From positions 1 to 32,000 of the forward strand of contig CAYHYM010000005.1 of the NCBI GenBank assembly GCA_964360965.1: a stretch of DNA of 32,000 nucleotides. Reading direction: 5' to 3'. This document shows, in pieces, positions 24,411-32,000 of the stretch; positions within the stretch are counted from its first letter, which is position 1; every line of letters starts with the position of its first letter. Below the pieces are notes generated by a model. The model ran no database searches. It saw only the letters and a program-made list of their open reading frames with translations, and was not told the DNA's origin. This stretch comes from an uncultured Gammaproteobacteria bacterium (GTDB lineage Bacteria > Patescibacteriota > Microgenomatia > Daviesbacterales > UBA10151). Position numbers and translations under genes: made by a program.

Positions 24411-25347
24411 ACCCGTTCTTCTGAGGGAAGTTATAGAGGCTTTAGTTGTTAAAGAGAATCGTTGGTATTTAGATTGTACTTTGGGAGACGGAGGCCATTC
24501 TTTAGAAATTCTAAGGTTGGGTGGAAATGTTTTGGGTATAGATGTAGACCCCCAGGCTTTGGAAAGAGTGAAAAAGAGGTTACAGGCTGCAGGTCTTCGA
24601 CTCCGAGGTCGCTCAGACTCGAGGAGTTACAGTGGACAGGATTTTAGATTAGTTCAGGGTAATTTTAGAGACCTTAAAAGTATATTACAAAATCAGACGG
24701 AAACTAAGGGTTTAAAGTTTAAGGGTTGTTTATTTGATCTTGGGGTTTCCAGTCTGCAACTGGAAAGACCTGAGAGGGGTTTTTCTTTTTCAAGGGAAGG
24801 ACCTTTGGATATGAGAATGGATCCTGCCCTTTCTGTTTCGGCCCTGGATTTGATCAAAGGTTTAAATAAAGGAGAACTATATGAACTATTTGCTAAACTG
24901 GGTCAGGAAAAATTGGCTAAATCCCTGGCTGCTGCTTTGGTCAGCGCCCGTAAAGTAGGGAATGGGGAAAAGGGAGTAGGGATTAGTAGTACAAGACAAT
25001 TTACAAGTTTAGTGGAGGGTGTATATCGAAAGCATGGTATCCATAGACAAAGGATACATCCTGCCACCAGGGTGTTTCTGGCCTTAAGAATGGCAGTAAA
25101 TGACGAGCTAAATGCACTTAAAGAGGGACTCTATCAGGCAGTAGATTTAATTGAAAAAAATGGTCACATTGTAGTTATATCTTTTCATTCACTGGAAGAT
25201 AGGATTGTTAAAGATACTTTTAGACAGTGGCAAAATGATGGATTGGGTGAAACTACGATAAGAAAACCGATCACTCCTGCAGAGGAAGAGGTAAGGATTA
25301 ACTTAAGGTCCAGATCGGCAAAGATGAGAGTATTCAGAGTTAATTAA
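24394..25347 (+). CDS. rsmH: 16S rRNA (cytosine1402-N4)-methyltransferase RsmH
   Basis: HKPVLLREVIEAL...DCTLGDGGHS, VQGNF, DLGVSSLQLE, RGFSF, GPLDMRMD and ISFHSLEDRIVK are canonical. There is an extra Arg/Ser/Gly-rich segment GLRLRGRSDSRSYSG before VQGNF. Confidence 0.9.
   Translation: MEGYHKPVLLREVIEALVVKENRWYLDCTLGDGGHSLEILRLGGNVLGIDVDPQALERVKKRLQAAGLRLRGRSDSRSYSGQDFRLVQGNFRDLKSILQNQTETKGLKFKGCLFDLGVSSLQLERPERGFSFSREGPLDMRMDPALSVSALDLIKGLNKGELYELFAKLGQEKLAKSLAAALVSARKVGNGEKGVGISSTRQFTSLVEGVYRKHGIHRQRIHPATRVFLALRMAVNDELNALKEGLYQAVDLIEKNGHIVVISFHSLEDRIVKDTFRQWQNDGLGETTIRKPITPAEEEVRINLRSRSAKMRVFRVN
24588..24640 (+). repeat. GC-rich in-frame island in rsmH with a direct repeat GACTC(C)GAGG x2 and a hairpin at 24601-24626
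   Basis: The direct repeats are gactccgagg (24599-24608) and gactcgagga (24616-25). The stem is ctcc+gag paired with ctc+ggag, with a 2-nt bulge. Confidence 0.6.
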
Positions 25348-25353
25348 CTGTCT

Positions 25354-25647
25354 ATGACTATCATAAAAAAATTTGAAAAGGAGCAGCAGAGGGTTATTCC
25401 CCAAAAATTTATCTTCATCTCTTTTTTAATTTTACTGCCTTTAATTTTACTGCAAATTTGGGCATATAATACTTTGGGTTCATTTGGGGAAAAATTATCC
25501 CAAATAACTTCTTTGCAAAATAACCTAAATTTAGAAAATCAAATTATTGAGAATGAAATTGCCAAAACTTCCTCTTTACAAAATTTAGCCTCACAGTCTG
25601 CCCAACTTGGTTTAAGTTCTCCAAAAGAGGTAAAATATCTCCACTGA
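25354..25647 (+). CDS. ftsL: FtsL-like small bitopic division protein
   Basis: 97 aa with a single TM followed by a Leu/Asn/Gln-rich coiled-coil, at the canonical position between rsmH and ftsI. The TM contains a 2 x 15-nt tandem duplication (25426-25455; LILLP/LILLQ). Confidence 0.5.
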   Translation: MTIIKKFEKEQQRVIPQKFIFISFLILLPLILLQIWAYNTLGSFGEKLSQITSLQNNLNLENQIIENEIAKTSSLQNLASQSAQLGLSSPKEVKYLH

Positions 25648-27323
25648 TGCGTGTACAAGTTATCAAAATAGTTTTATGTTTATGTTTGATAGCTGTGGTG
25701 GTAAGACTTTTTTATTGGCAGGTTATTCGCAAAGACGATCTGGTTGCAGCTGGCGAGGGACAATATTTAAAAAGCGTTAAAGTGGCAGCCCAAAGAGGTA
25801 AAATTTTTTTTTCTGACGGTTCGGTTTTAGCTTCAACACAACCCTCATTTACTCTTTTTGCAGAGCCAAAAGTAATAAAAGATGATGACAAAGGTAGAAT
25901 TGCCCAAGATCTTGCCAAAACAATTTCTCAGGATCAAAATGATATTTTATCACAACTTAAAAAAGACTTATTTTGGGTACCGATTAAAAAAAATATTGAT
26001 CTTAGTTTAAAAAAAAACATAGAAGCCCTTAAAATTAAAGGGATTGGTTTTGAAAAGGAAAGCCTTAGGTTTTATCCTGAAGGATCATCATCTGCTCACC
26101 TTTTGGGGTTTGTGGGATACAGCGCCAAAGGAGAAAGAGTGGGGTATTTTGGTTTAGAAGGATTCTATAATGGGGAACTTAAAGGATTTGCCGGAAGATA
26201 CCGTTTTGAAAAAGATGCACTGGGGTTGCCAATTTTGATTGGACAATTTATAAATTTTTCTCCAGTAAGAGGTAAAAACCTTTTTCTTAATATAGACAGG
26301 ACTGCCCAATTTATTATGGAGAAAAATTTAAAGGCAGGTATTGAAAAGTATGGGGCCAAAGGTGCCCTGGGATTGATAATGGATCCTGGGAGCGGGGCGA
26401 TTTTGGCAATGGCAGCATACCCCAATTACGACCCTCTAGAATTCGGTCAATTCCCAAAAGAATATTATAAAAATCCTTTAATAGCTGACCAATATGAACC
26501 TGGTTCAACCTTTAAAGTTTTAGTGATGTCAGCTGCTTTAAATGAAGATGTTATCAAATCTGATACTAAATGTGATATTTGCGCAGGCCCAATATCTTTG
26601 GGGGGGTTTTTAATAAGAACATGGAATAATAAATATTTTCCGGAAACTTCTATGCAGGATGTGATTGTCCATTCTGACAACACCGGCATGGTATATGTTG
26701 GTAAAAAATTGGGTTTGGATAAGATGTACTCATACCTGGAAAATTTCGGATTAGGCAGCTTGACCGGGATTGATCTGCAAGATGAATCACTGGTTGATCT
26801 TCGTCCCAAAAATAGCTGGCGCGAGATTGATCTTGCTACAACTTCTTTTGGCCAGGGTATTGCTGTTACTCCCATCCAGATGATAAGAGCAGTGGCAGCA
26901 GTGGCAAATGGAGGGTATTTAATGGAACCTCAGGTGGTTAAAAAAATTGAGGATGAAAGAATAAGTTTTGAGATCAAGCCAAAAGTTATCAGAGAAGTTA
27001 TTAAAGAAACTACAGCCAAAATTATGACTGAGATGATGGTTAGGGCTGTCTCGGAGGGTGAGGCAAAGTTTGCCAAACCTAAAGGTTTTAAGATTGCCGG
27101 TAAAACCGGCACTGCCCAAATTCCCATTGCCGGGCATTATGATCCCAATAAAACTATTGCCTCATTTGTGGGATTTGCCCCGGCTGATAATCCAAAGTTT
27201 GTTATGCTAATAAAGTATGATCATCCCCAAACTTCACCCTATGGCTCAGAAACAGCCGCCCCCACCTTCTTTGAAATAGCTAAGGAACTTTTTGCTTACT
27301 ACAAAATTGCTCCAAGCGAATGA
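25647..27323 (+). CDS. ftsI: Class B penicillin-binding protein / peptidoglycan D,D-transpeptidase FtsI
   Basis: N-terminal TM and PBP dimerisation domain. The transpeptidase motifs are STFK (EPGSTFKV), SDN (HSDNTG) and KTGT (AGKTGTAQ). Confidence 0.85.
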   Translation: MRVQVIKIVLCLCLIAVVVRLFYWQVIRKDDLVAAGEGQYLKSVKVAAQRGKIFFSDGSVLASTQPSFTLFAEPKVIKDDDKGRIAQDLAKTISQDQNDILSQLKKDLFWVPIKKNIDLSLKKNIEALKIKGIGFEKESLRFYPEGSSSAHLLGFVGYSAKGERVGYFGLEGFYNGELKGFAGRYRFEKDALGLPILIGQFINFSPVRGKNLFLNIDRTAQFIMEKNLKAGIEKYGAKGALGLIMDPGSGAILAMAAYPNYDPLEFGQFPKEYYKNPLIADQYEPGSTFKVLVMSAALNEDVIKSDTKCDICAGPISLGGFLIRTWNNKYFPETSMQDVIVHSDNTGMVYVGKKLGLDKMYSYLENFGLGSLTGIDLQDESLVDLRPKNSWREIDLATTSFGQGIAVTPIQMIRAVAAVANGGYLMEPQVVKKIEDERISFEIKPKVIREVIKETTAKIMTEMMVRAVSEGEAKFAKPKGFKIAGKTGTAQIPIAGHYDPNKTIASFVGFAPADNPKFVMLIKYDHPQTSPYGSETAAPTFFEIAKELFAYYKIAPSE

Positions 27324-27345
27324 CATTAAGGTATAATTAGGGGCT

Positions 27346-28578
27346 ATGGAGCAAATAAAAAGAGTTCTGCGACCGCTGCTACCGCAGCAATTTATAAATA
27401 TTTTTTATCATTTACCTCAAGCTGTTTTGGCCAATGTTTTTTATGGCTTCCCCGCCAGAGGCGAGGCTCGCCAGGGGCGGCCCACCAGGGGACTGACTGT
27501 TATTGGAGTGACCGGAACTGACGGCAAAACTACCACAGTTAACATGATTTATCAGATAATCAAAAGTGCTGGATTTAAATCTTCCATGGTTTCAACTGTT
27601 AATGCTTATGTTGGCGGAAAATCTTATGACACCGGATTTCATGTCACCTCACCTGACCCATTTATGGTGCAAAAATTTGCCAAAGAGGCAGTTTCTCATG
27701 GTGATAAATATCTGGTTTTAGAGGTAACATCACACGCGATAGACCAGTACAGATTTTGGGGGATAAAATTTGATATTGGAGCAATTACCAACATTACCCA
27801 TGAACATCTGGACTATCATAAAACTTTTGAGAACTATAAAAACACCAAGCTTAAGCTTATTAAGGAGGCTAAGTTTGCTGTAGTTAACCAGGGGATTCAG
27901 GGAGTTCAGGGGAAGATAATTAGCTTTGGTTTAAACAAGGGAGATTTTAATCAAAAAGAAGTAAAGTTAAAGTTAAAAATTCCTGGAGACTATAACATTG
28001 AAAATGCCCTGGCCGCGCTTGGTTGCGCCTTCGCTCTAAATATTGACAAAAAGATGGCCCAAAAGGCTTTGGAAAATTTTCCAGGTTTATCAGGCAGGAT
28101 GGAAGAAGTAAAAAACAGCAGAGGGATTAAAATAATAATTGACTTTGCCCACACCCCAAATGGTTTGGAACAGGCCTTAAAAACTTTACATTTACACCTG
28201 AAAGGTGCGAAGCTAATATCTTTGATCGGGGCAGAAGGCTTAAGAGATGTGGGAAAGCGTTCCATGATGGGTGAGATTGCCCAACGGTTATCTGATATAG
28301 TAATTGTGACCTCTGTTGACCCAAGAGGGTTGCTTAGACAAATTAATGAGCAAATTAAGCGGGGGTCTTTAAGAGCCGGAGCAAAAGTTGGAGTTAATTT
28401 TTTCATTATTGACGATAGAGAAAAAGCCATAGATTTTGCTATAAATAATTTAGCTAAAAAAGGAGATATTGTGGGAATTTTTGGTAAGGGGCATGAAAAA
28501 TCGATGAATTTAGATGGAAAAGGGGAAATTCCCTGGTCAGATAGAGGAGTTGTACAAAAAACACTCAATGGACAATAA
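27346..28578 (+). CDS. murE: Mur ligase, MurE-like (UDP-MurNAc-L-Ala-D-Glu:diamino acid ligase)
   Basis: P-loop GVTGTDGKTTT, with HEHLDYHKTFENYKNTKLKL and DFAHTP motifs, at the dcw position after ftsI. It carries a GC-rich insertion at 27452-27491 and G-rich module copy C. Confidence 0.8.
   Translation: MEQIKRVLRPLLPQQFINIFYHLPQAVLANVFYGFPARGEARQGRPTRGLTVIGVTGTDGKTTTVNMIYQIIKSAGFKSSMVSTVNAYVGGKSYDTGFHVTSPDPFMVQKFAKEAVSHGDKYLVLEVTSHAIDQYRFWGIKFDIGAITNITHEHLDYHKTFENYKNTKLKLIKEAKFAVVNQGIQGVQGKIISFGLNKGDFNQKEVKLKLKIPGDYNIENALAALGCAFALNIDKKMAQKALENFPGLSGRMEEVKNSRGIKIIIDFAHTPNGLEQALKTLHLHLKGAKLISLIGAEGLRDVGKRSMMGEIAQRLSDIVIVTSVDPRGLLRQINEQIKRGSLRAGAKVGVNFFIIDDREKAIDFAINNLAKKGDIVGIFGKGHEKSMNLDGKGEIPWSDRGVVQKTLNGQ
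27452..27491 (+). repeat. GC-rich palindromic and direct-repeat in-frame island in murE
   Basis: The palindrome is ccgcc-aga-ggcgag-g-ctcgcc-agg-ggcgg (27452-27480). Direct repeats CGCCAG(A/G)GGCG lie 16 nt apart. CCAGGGG occurs at 27471-27477 and 27485-27491. The segment encodes ARGEARQGRPTRG just before the P-loop. Confidence 0.7.
27889..27921 (+). repeat. G-rich in-frame module, copy C (cag ggg att cag gga gtt cag ggg aag ata att; QGIQGVQGKII)
   Basis: The segment is itself a triple 9-nt tandem repeat, CAGGGRRNN x3. Confidence 0.5.
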
Positions 28579-29158
28579 AATAAAATTGATAGCTGGTTCT
28601 TTTGGCCGGGAAAAGGTAAAATTTAATGAGCTGTTGTCAAATCATACTGCCACCAGATTTGGAGGTCCTGCTAAAATGTTTGCTGTGGCCACAACTTTGC
28701 GTGAAATTACCAGGCTGGTAGAAGACTGCAAACAGCTAAATGTGCCCTTTTTGGTGATTGGAACAGGCAGTAAAGTGGCTTTTTCAGATTCAGGCTTTTT
28801 GGGTGTGGTCATTAAAAACAGGACGCAAAATATTAAAGTGGTTTCAATTAAGGGTAAAGTGTCCAAAAAAGGTTTGGGTTTGGATTTTGCCTTGATTGAA
28901 GTTGACAGCGGATTGACTTTGGAAAAATTTACTCAATTTTTATCCGTTCAAGGTCTGGAGGACGGGCAATTTAAAGATTTGACAGGCAGTATCGGCGGCA
29001 ACCTGTTTTTAAATCCTGCCCTGCAGGAAAGAGTTGAAAATATTAGAGTTTTAGATGAAAATAGTGAGTTACGACAAATTATTTGGCAAAATTTAAGTTT
29101 GAGAAAACACGTAATTTTATCTGTTGTTTTTAAGATAAATGCAAAATCCAAAATATGA
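28568..29158 (+). CDS. MurB-like protein with the FAD-binding N-terminal portion only (C-terminal catalytic domain absent; motifs degenerate)
   Basis: The ATG at 28568 (MDNKIKLIAG) is preferred over the track start at 28514. LSNHTATRFGGPA, LVIGTGSKV and GSIGGNLFLNPAL align to the MurB motifs NHTT..GG.A, G.GSN and G..GGA..MNAGA. The ORF ends where the MurB substrate domain would begin, and murF starts at 29155. Confidence 0.5.
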   Translation: MDNKIKLIAGSFGREKVKFNELLSNHTATRFGGPAKMFAVATTLREITRLVEDCKQLNVPFLVIGTGSKVAFSDSGFLGVVIKNRTQNIKVVSIKGKVSKKGLGLDFALIEVDSGLTLEKFTQFLSVQGLEDGQFKDLTGSIGGNLFLNPALQERVENIRVLDENSELRQIIWQNLSLRKHVILSVVFKINAKSKI

Positions 29159-30357
29159 ATATCTTAGATCATCCCATCTGGAGAAACGTTACCCCCTATA
29201 AAAGTAGAATTTCATCCTTAAAAAGACCACTTCATCTTTTTTTAATGTCTCTCTCAAAAATATACGCTCATTTTTATTCTGCTGATATGTTTGTGGGTGT
29301 GACAGGTTCTGTGGGGAAAAGCGCCACAGTTTCAGCCTGTTTTCATGTTTTATCGCAAATGTATAAATCACTTCAAACTTTGCCCAATCTTGACCCGATT
29401 TTAAATATTCCCCGGACTATTTTAAGGCTTAACCCAACAATTAAAAGAGTAGTTTTGGAAATGGGAATTGAGTATAAGGGGGAGATGGATTTTTATTTAT
29501 CGCTGATTAAGCCCAAAAAGGTTATTGTCACCAGGATTTATTATGCCCATAGTGAATTTTTGGGCGGGATAGAAGAAATTGCTGCTGAAAAAGGTAAACT
29601 GGTCGAGAATTTGTCTGAGGATGGAGTAGCTATTTTAAACTGGGATGATTTATTCTGTCGAAGGATTGGATCAAAAACAAAAGCACAAGTTGTTTACTTT
29701 GGAAAAGATGAAAAAAATTGCTTAATTTGGGCCGGTAATGTGAGAATAAAAGATTTCAAGACCATTTTTGAACTAAACTACGGAGTGGAAAGGGTTGAAG
29801 TTAGATATAACCTGTTGGGTGAACATCAGATCAACTCAGCCCTGGCAGCAGCTTGCCTTGGTGTTTTAGAGGGTATTCCTCTTGTTAAAATAAAAAGGGG
29901 ACTGGAGAATGTAACAGCTTTAGAACATCGTCTTACTCCGCTGCTGGGTCCTAACGGTTCAATTATTTTGGATGATACTTATAATTCATCTCCTGCTGCG
30001 CTTGAACAAGCTCTTTCCACATTGCTGCAAATCCCCGCCAGAAGAAGGGTGGTGGTGTTGGGTGAAATGAGAGAATTAGGTAGTTTTTCCGAGAAACTTC
30101 ATAGAGAAATAGCCGGGTATATTTATAAAGAAAAATTCGACCTGGTCATTTTAGGCATGGGTGAGGTGCAGATTATTGCCGATGAGCTTTATAAATTGGG
30201 ATTTTTAACTGAGAGAGTAGAGTCCGGTTTACAAAATGCTCAAATTGTGTCCCGCCTTTTGAAAATACTGGGAAAAGGTGATGTTTGTTTGATCAAAGGA
30301 TCAAGGGCTGTTCGGCTGGATGAGGTAGTTAAAAGAATTGCCAAAAAAATACCATGA
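29155..30357 (+). CDS. murF: Mur ligase, MurF-like (UDP-MurNAc-tripeptide:D-Ala-D-Ala ligase)
   Basis: GVTGSVGKS P-loop, with DDTYNSSPAALEQAL and VVVLGEMRELG motifs. The start and stop are both ATGA overlaps. Confidence 0.8.
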   Translation: MNILDHPIWRNVTPYKSRISSLKRPLHLFLMSLSKIYAHFYSADMFVGVTGSVGKSATVSACFHVLSQMYKSLQTLPNLDPILNIPRTILRLNPTIKRVVLEMGIEYKGEMDFYLSLIKPKKVIVTRIYYAHSEFLGGIEEIAAEKGKLVENLSEDGVAILNWDDLFCRRIGSKTKAQVVYFGKDEKNCLIWAGNVRIKDFKTIFELNYGVERVEVRYNLLGEHQINSALAAACLGVLEGIPLVKIKRGLENVTALEHRLTPLLGPNGSIILDDTYNSSPAALEQALSTLLQIPARRRVVVLGEMRELGSFSEKLHREIAGYIYKEKFDLVILGMGEVQIIADELYKLGFLTERVESGLQNAQIVSRLLKILGKGDVCLIKGSRAVRLDEVVKRIAKKIP

Positions 30358-31364
30358 CTCATTTATTAGGCTTAGTGCTGTTGTCATTTTTTATCACCAG
30401 CTTTTTTATGGTTCCATTTATAAATTTTTTGTTTTATTTGAAAGCAAGATACAAAAGGCCTATCCCTAAAGGTTATGATGACAGTAAAACTCCAATACAT
30501 AACAAACTTTTGAAAGGTAAGGATGTTAATACTCCGGTGGGAGGGGGAATACTTATCATAGTTCTTCTTATTATTTTAAGTTTAGGATATACCCATTATT
30601 TTAAAATCCAAGAGCCGACAGATATTTATATTTTGATTTTAACGCTTGTTTCTTTTGGTTTTATAGGGTTAATTGATGATGTACAAAAAATTTTGATTGC
30701 CTTTTCCGGCAAATATGCGGGAATTAAGGCTTTACTGATATTGGTGCTTCAAACAATTTTTGCCCTGCTTTTAGGCACAATTTTATATTTGCAAGTGGGC
30801 CTTAATAATATTTACATTGCCGGACTGGGAAATTTTGTGATTGGATTATGGTACATTCCTCTGGCTGCGTTTATGATTGTGGCTTTTTCCAACGCCTATA
30901 ATGTCTCTGATGGTTTGGATGGGTTATCCAGCGGGCTGTTGCTTATTTGTCTTTTTGCCCTGCTTGTTTTGGCTCAATCCGGACTTAACTTAAATCTGGC
31001 AGTATTTGTGGGTATTTGGATTGGGGCGTTGCTGGCATTTTTGTACTTTAATGTTTATCCGGCCAGAATTTATTTGGGAGATGCGGGAGCGCTGTCTTTT
31101 GGAGCAACTCTGGCAGTGGTTGGACTTTTGACCGGTAAAATTTTAGCTTTGGGAATAATTGGAGGCGTTTATGTAATTATTATTGTCTCATCTACCATTC
31201 AAATACTTTCCAAGAAATTTTTCCAGCGTAAATTTTTCCCTGTGGCGCCCATTCACATGTACTTTAAATATATTGGATGGGAAGAGCCTAAAATTGTTTT
31301 TAGATTTTGGCTAATACAGGCTCTTTTTGCAATTTTAGGCTTATGGCTGGCACTTATATACTAA
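30354..31364 (+). CDS. mraY: Phospho-N-acetylmuramoyl-pentapeptide transferase MraY
   Basis: Polytopic protein with GLIDD, NAYNVSDGLDGL and LGDAGALSFGA motifs and the PIHMYF segment near the C-terminus. Confidence 0.9.
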   Translation: MTHLLGLVLLSFFITSFFMVPFINFLFYLKARYKRPIPKGYDDSKTPIHNKLLKGKDVNTPVGGGILIIVLLIILSLGYTHYFKIQEPTDIYILILTLVSFGFIGLIDDVQKILIAFSGKYAGIKALLILVLQTIFALLLGTILYLQVGLNNIYIAGLGNFVIGLWYIPLAAFMIVAFSNAYNVSDGLDGLSSGLLLICLFALLVLAQSGLNLNLAVFVGIWIGALLAFLYFNVYPARIYLGDAGALSFGATLAVVGLLTGKILALGIIGGVYVIIIVSSTIQILSKKFFQRKFFPVAPIHMYFKYIGWEEPKIVFRFWLIQALFAILGLWLALIY

Positions 31365-32000
31365 ATTCTCAGAAAAAAAGTGTTGATTTACCCCTTGTTA
31401 TTTGTGTTGTAGTGCTTACCTTATTGGGTCTTTTGATGGTATTTGACGTGTCAGTACCTCAGGCTTTAAAGGATTTTTCCGATGGCAATTATTATATTAA
31501 ACAGCAGCTATTGTGGGCGTTTTTTGGGACTCTTTTAGCATTTTTTTTTACAAACTTTGATTATCACTTTTTTAAAAGGATATCCTCTATTCTTTTCTTT
31601 GCCTCTTTTGCCATGCTGGTGGCTGTTTTTATCCCTGGATTGGGTATTTCTGCGGGGGGGGCTCACAGGTGGCTTAATTTGGGTTTTATTACCATCCAGC
31701 CTGCTGAAATTATCAAATTAACAGGAGTGATATTCTTATCATCAATTTTTGAAAAATCTGCCAGGTTTATACCTTTTCTTGTTACTGCAGCTGCAGTAAC
31801 TTTGGTCACCGCCATCTGGCAAAAAGATTTGGGGTCTGCCACTGTTTTTGTAATAGTTTCAGCAGCTCTCTATTTTTTAAGCGGGGGACCAAAACTGCAT
31901 TTTTTAATTGCCGCTCCTTTGGGGATTTTAACTTTTGCTGTTTTGGTATTAACTTCAGGGTATAGGAAAAGTAGAATTCTGGCATTTTTAGATCCTTTTT
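31343..32000 (+). CDS. ftsW: SEDS-family peptidoglycan polymerase FtsW/RodA (5' part; runs off the window)
   Basis: Not in the ORF track because it has no stop codon in the window. The ATG at 31343 overlaps mraY by 22 nt. The hand translation MAGTYILNSQKKSVDLPLVICVVVLTLLGLLMVFDVS...RWLNLGFITIQPAEIIKL...QKDLGSA carries FtsW/RodA signatures. Confidence 0.75.
   Translation, partial: MAGTYILNSQKKSVDLPLVICVVVLTLLGLLMVFDVSVPQALKDFSDGNYYIKQQLLWAFFGTLLAFFFTNFDYHFFKRISSILFFASFAMLVAVFIPGLGISAGGAHRWLNLGFITIQPAEIIKLTGVIFLSSIFEKSARFIPFLVTAAAVTLVTAIWQKDLGSATVFVIVSAALYFLSGGPKLHFLIAAPLGILTFAVLVLTSGYRKSRILAFLDPF

Noticed and set aside
25426-25455. 2 x 15-nt tandem duplication (tta att tta ctg cct / tta att tta ctg caa) in the ftsL-like gene as a functional repeat.
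   Set aside because: It is in frame, encodes LILLP/LILLQ within a TM helix and is most simply a benign slippage duplication. It is noted under the feature but not treated as a signal.
27847-27858. AAGCTTAAGCTT tandem palindrome (double HindIII site) in murE.
   Set aside because: It is a 12-nt coincidence that encodes KLKL within a conserved Mur ligase helix (NTKLKLIKE). There is no other copy or associated structure.
31654-31661. Poly-G(8) tract in ftsW as a phase-variation site.
   Set aside because: ftsW is expected to be essential, and the tract simply encodes Ala-Gly-Gly-Ala with GGG codons. I keep it as a negative control for the C8 tract in the Wzy_C gene.
1-32000. Searched by eye for CRISPR arrays, tRNA/rRNA genes, transposase or integrase genes, toxin-antitoxin pairs and known defence-system signatures.
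   Set aside because: No regularly spaced repeats of 25 nt or longer, no cloverleaf-like GC-rich 70-90-nt intergenic segments, and no ORFs with DDE, tyrosine/serine recombinase, nuclease-helicase or ATPase defence motifs. The intergenic space is too small to hide such elements.

Overview
AT-rich, very compact bacterial window. Many genes overlap by 4 nt (ATGA) or more, and the standard genetic code applies. There are no rRNA, tRNA, CRISPR or transposase genes. The gene content and style fit a Patescibacteria/CPR-type genome, but that is inference only.

Three blocks:
(1) nt 1-20938 is a large cell-surface glycan or glycoconjugate assembly locus. It holds at least 6 GT4/GT-B genes, 3 GT2 genes, 2 GT-C (PMT_2/GT39/ArnT-like) genes, a Wzy_C/O-antigen-ligase-like membrane protein, a small PglC-type phosphoglycosyltransferase, a DUF4012-like protein, an LbH acetyltransferase and a SAM methyltransferase. 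It is interrupted by a small set of independently promoted genes at 4132-9145, three of them on the minus strand: a glycosidase-like protein, a GC-rich cysteine-less glutaredoxin-fold ORF, an unknown helical protein and a sodium:solute symporter.
(2) recO, glyQS and an orphan membrane-anchored protein.
(3) The 5' part of a dcw cluster: mraZ-rsmH-ftsL-ftsI-murE-(short murB-like)-murF-mraY-ftsW.

Main points for follow-up:
- A 7-nt tandem repeat inside a GT2 gene, a candidate for phase variation.
- A recurrent G-rich 27-33 nt in-frame module in three unrelated genes.
- GC-rich palindromic micro-islands embedded in-frame in rsmH and murE and in the mraZ leader.
- A repeated extended -10 then N6 then ATG layout, which suggests leaderless mRNAs at stand-alone genes.
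- A 10-bp-phased direct-repeat array (putative MraZ operator) over the mraZ promoter.
- A murB-like gene that lacks the whole C-terminal catalytic domain.
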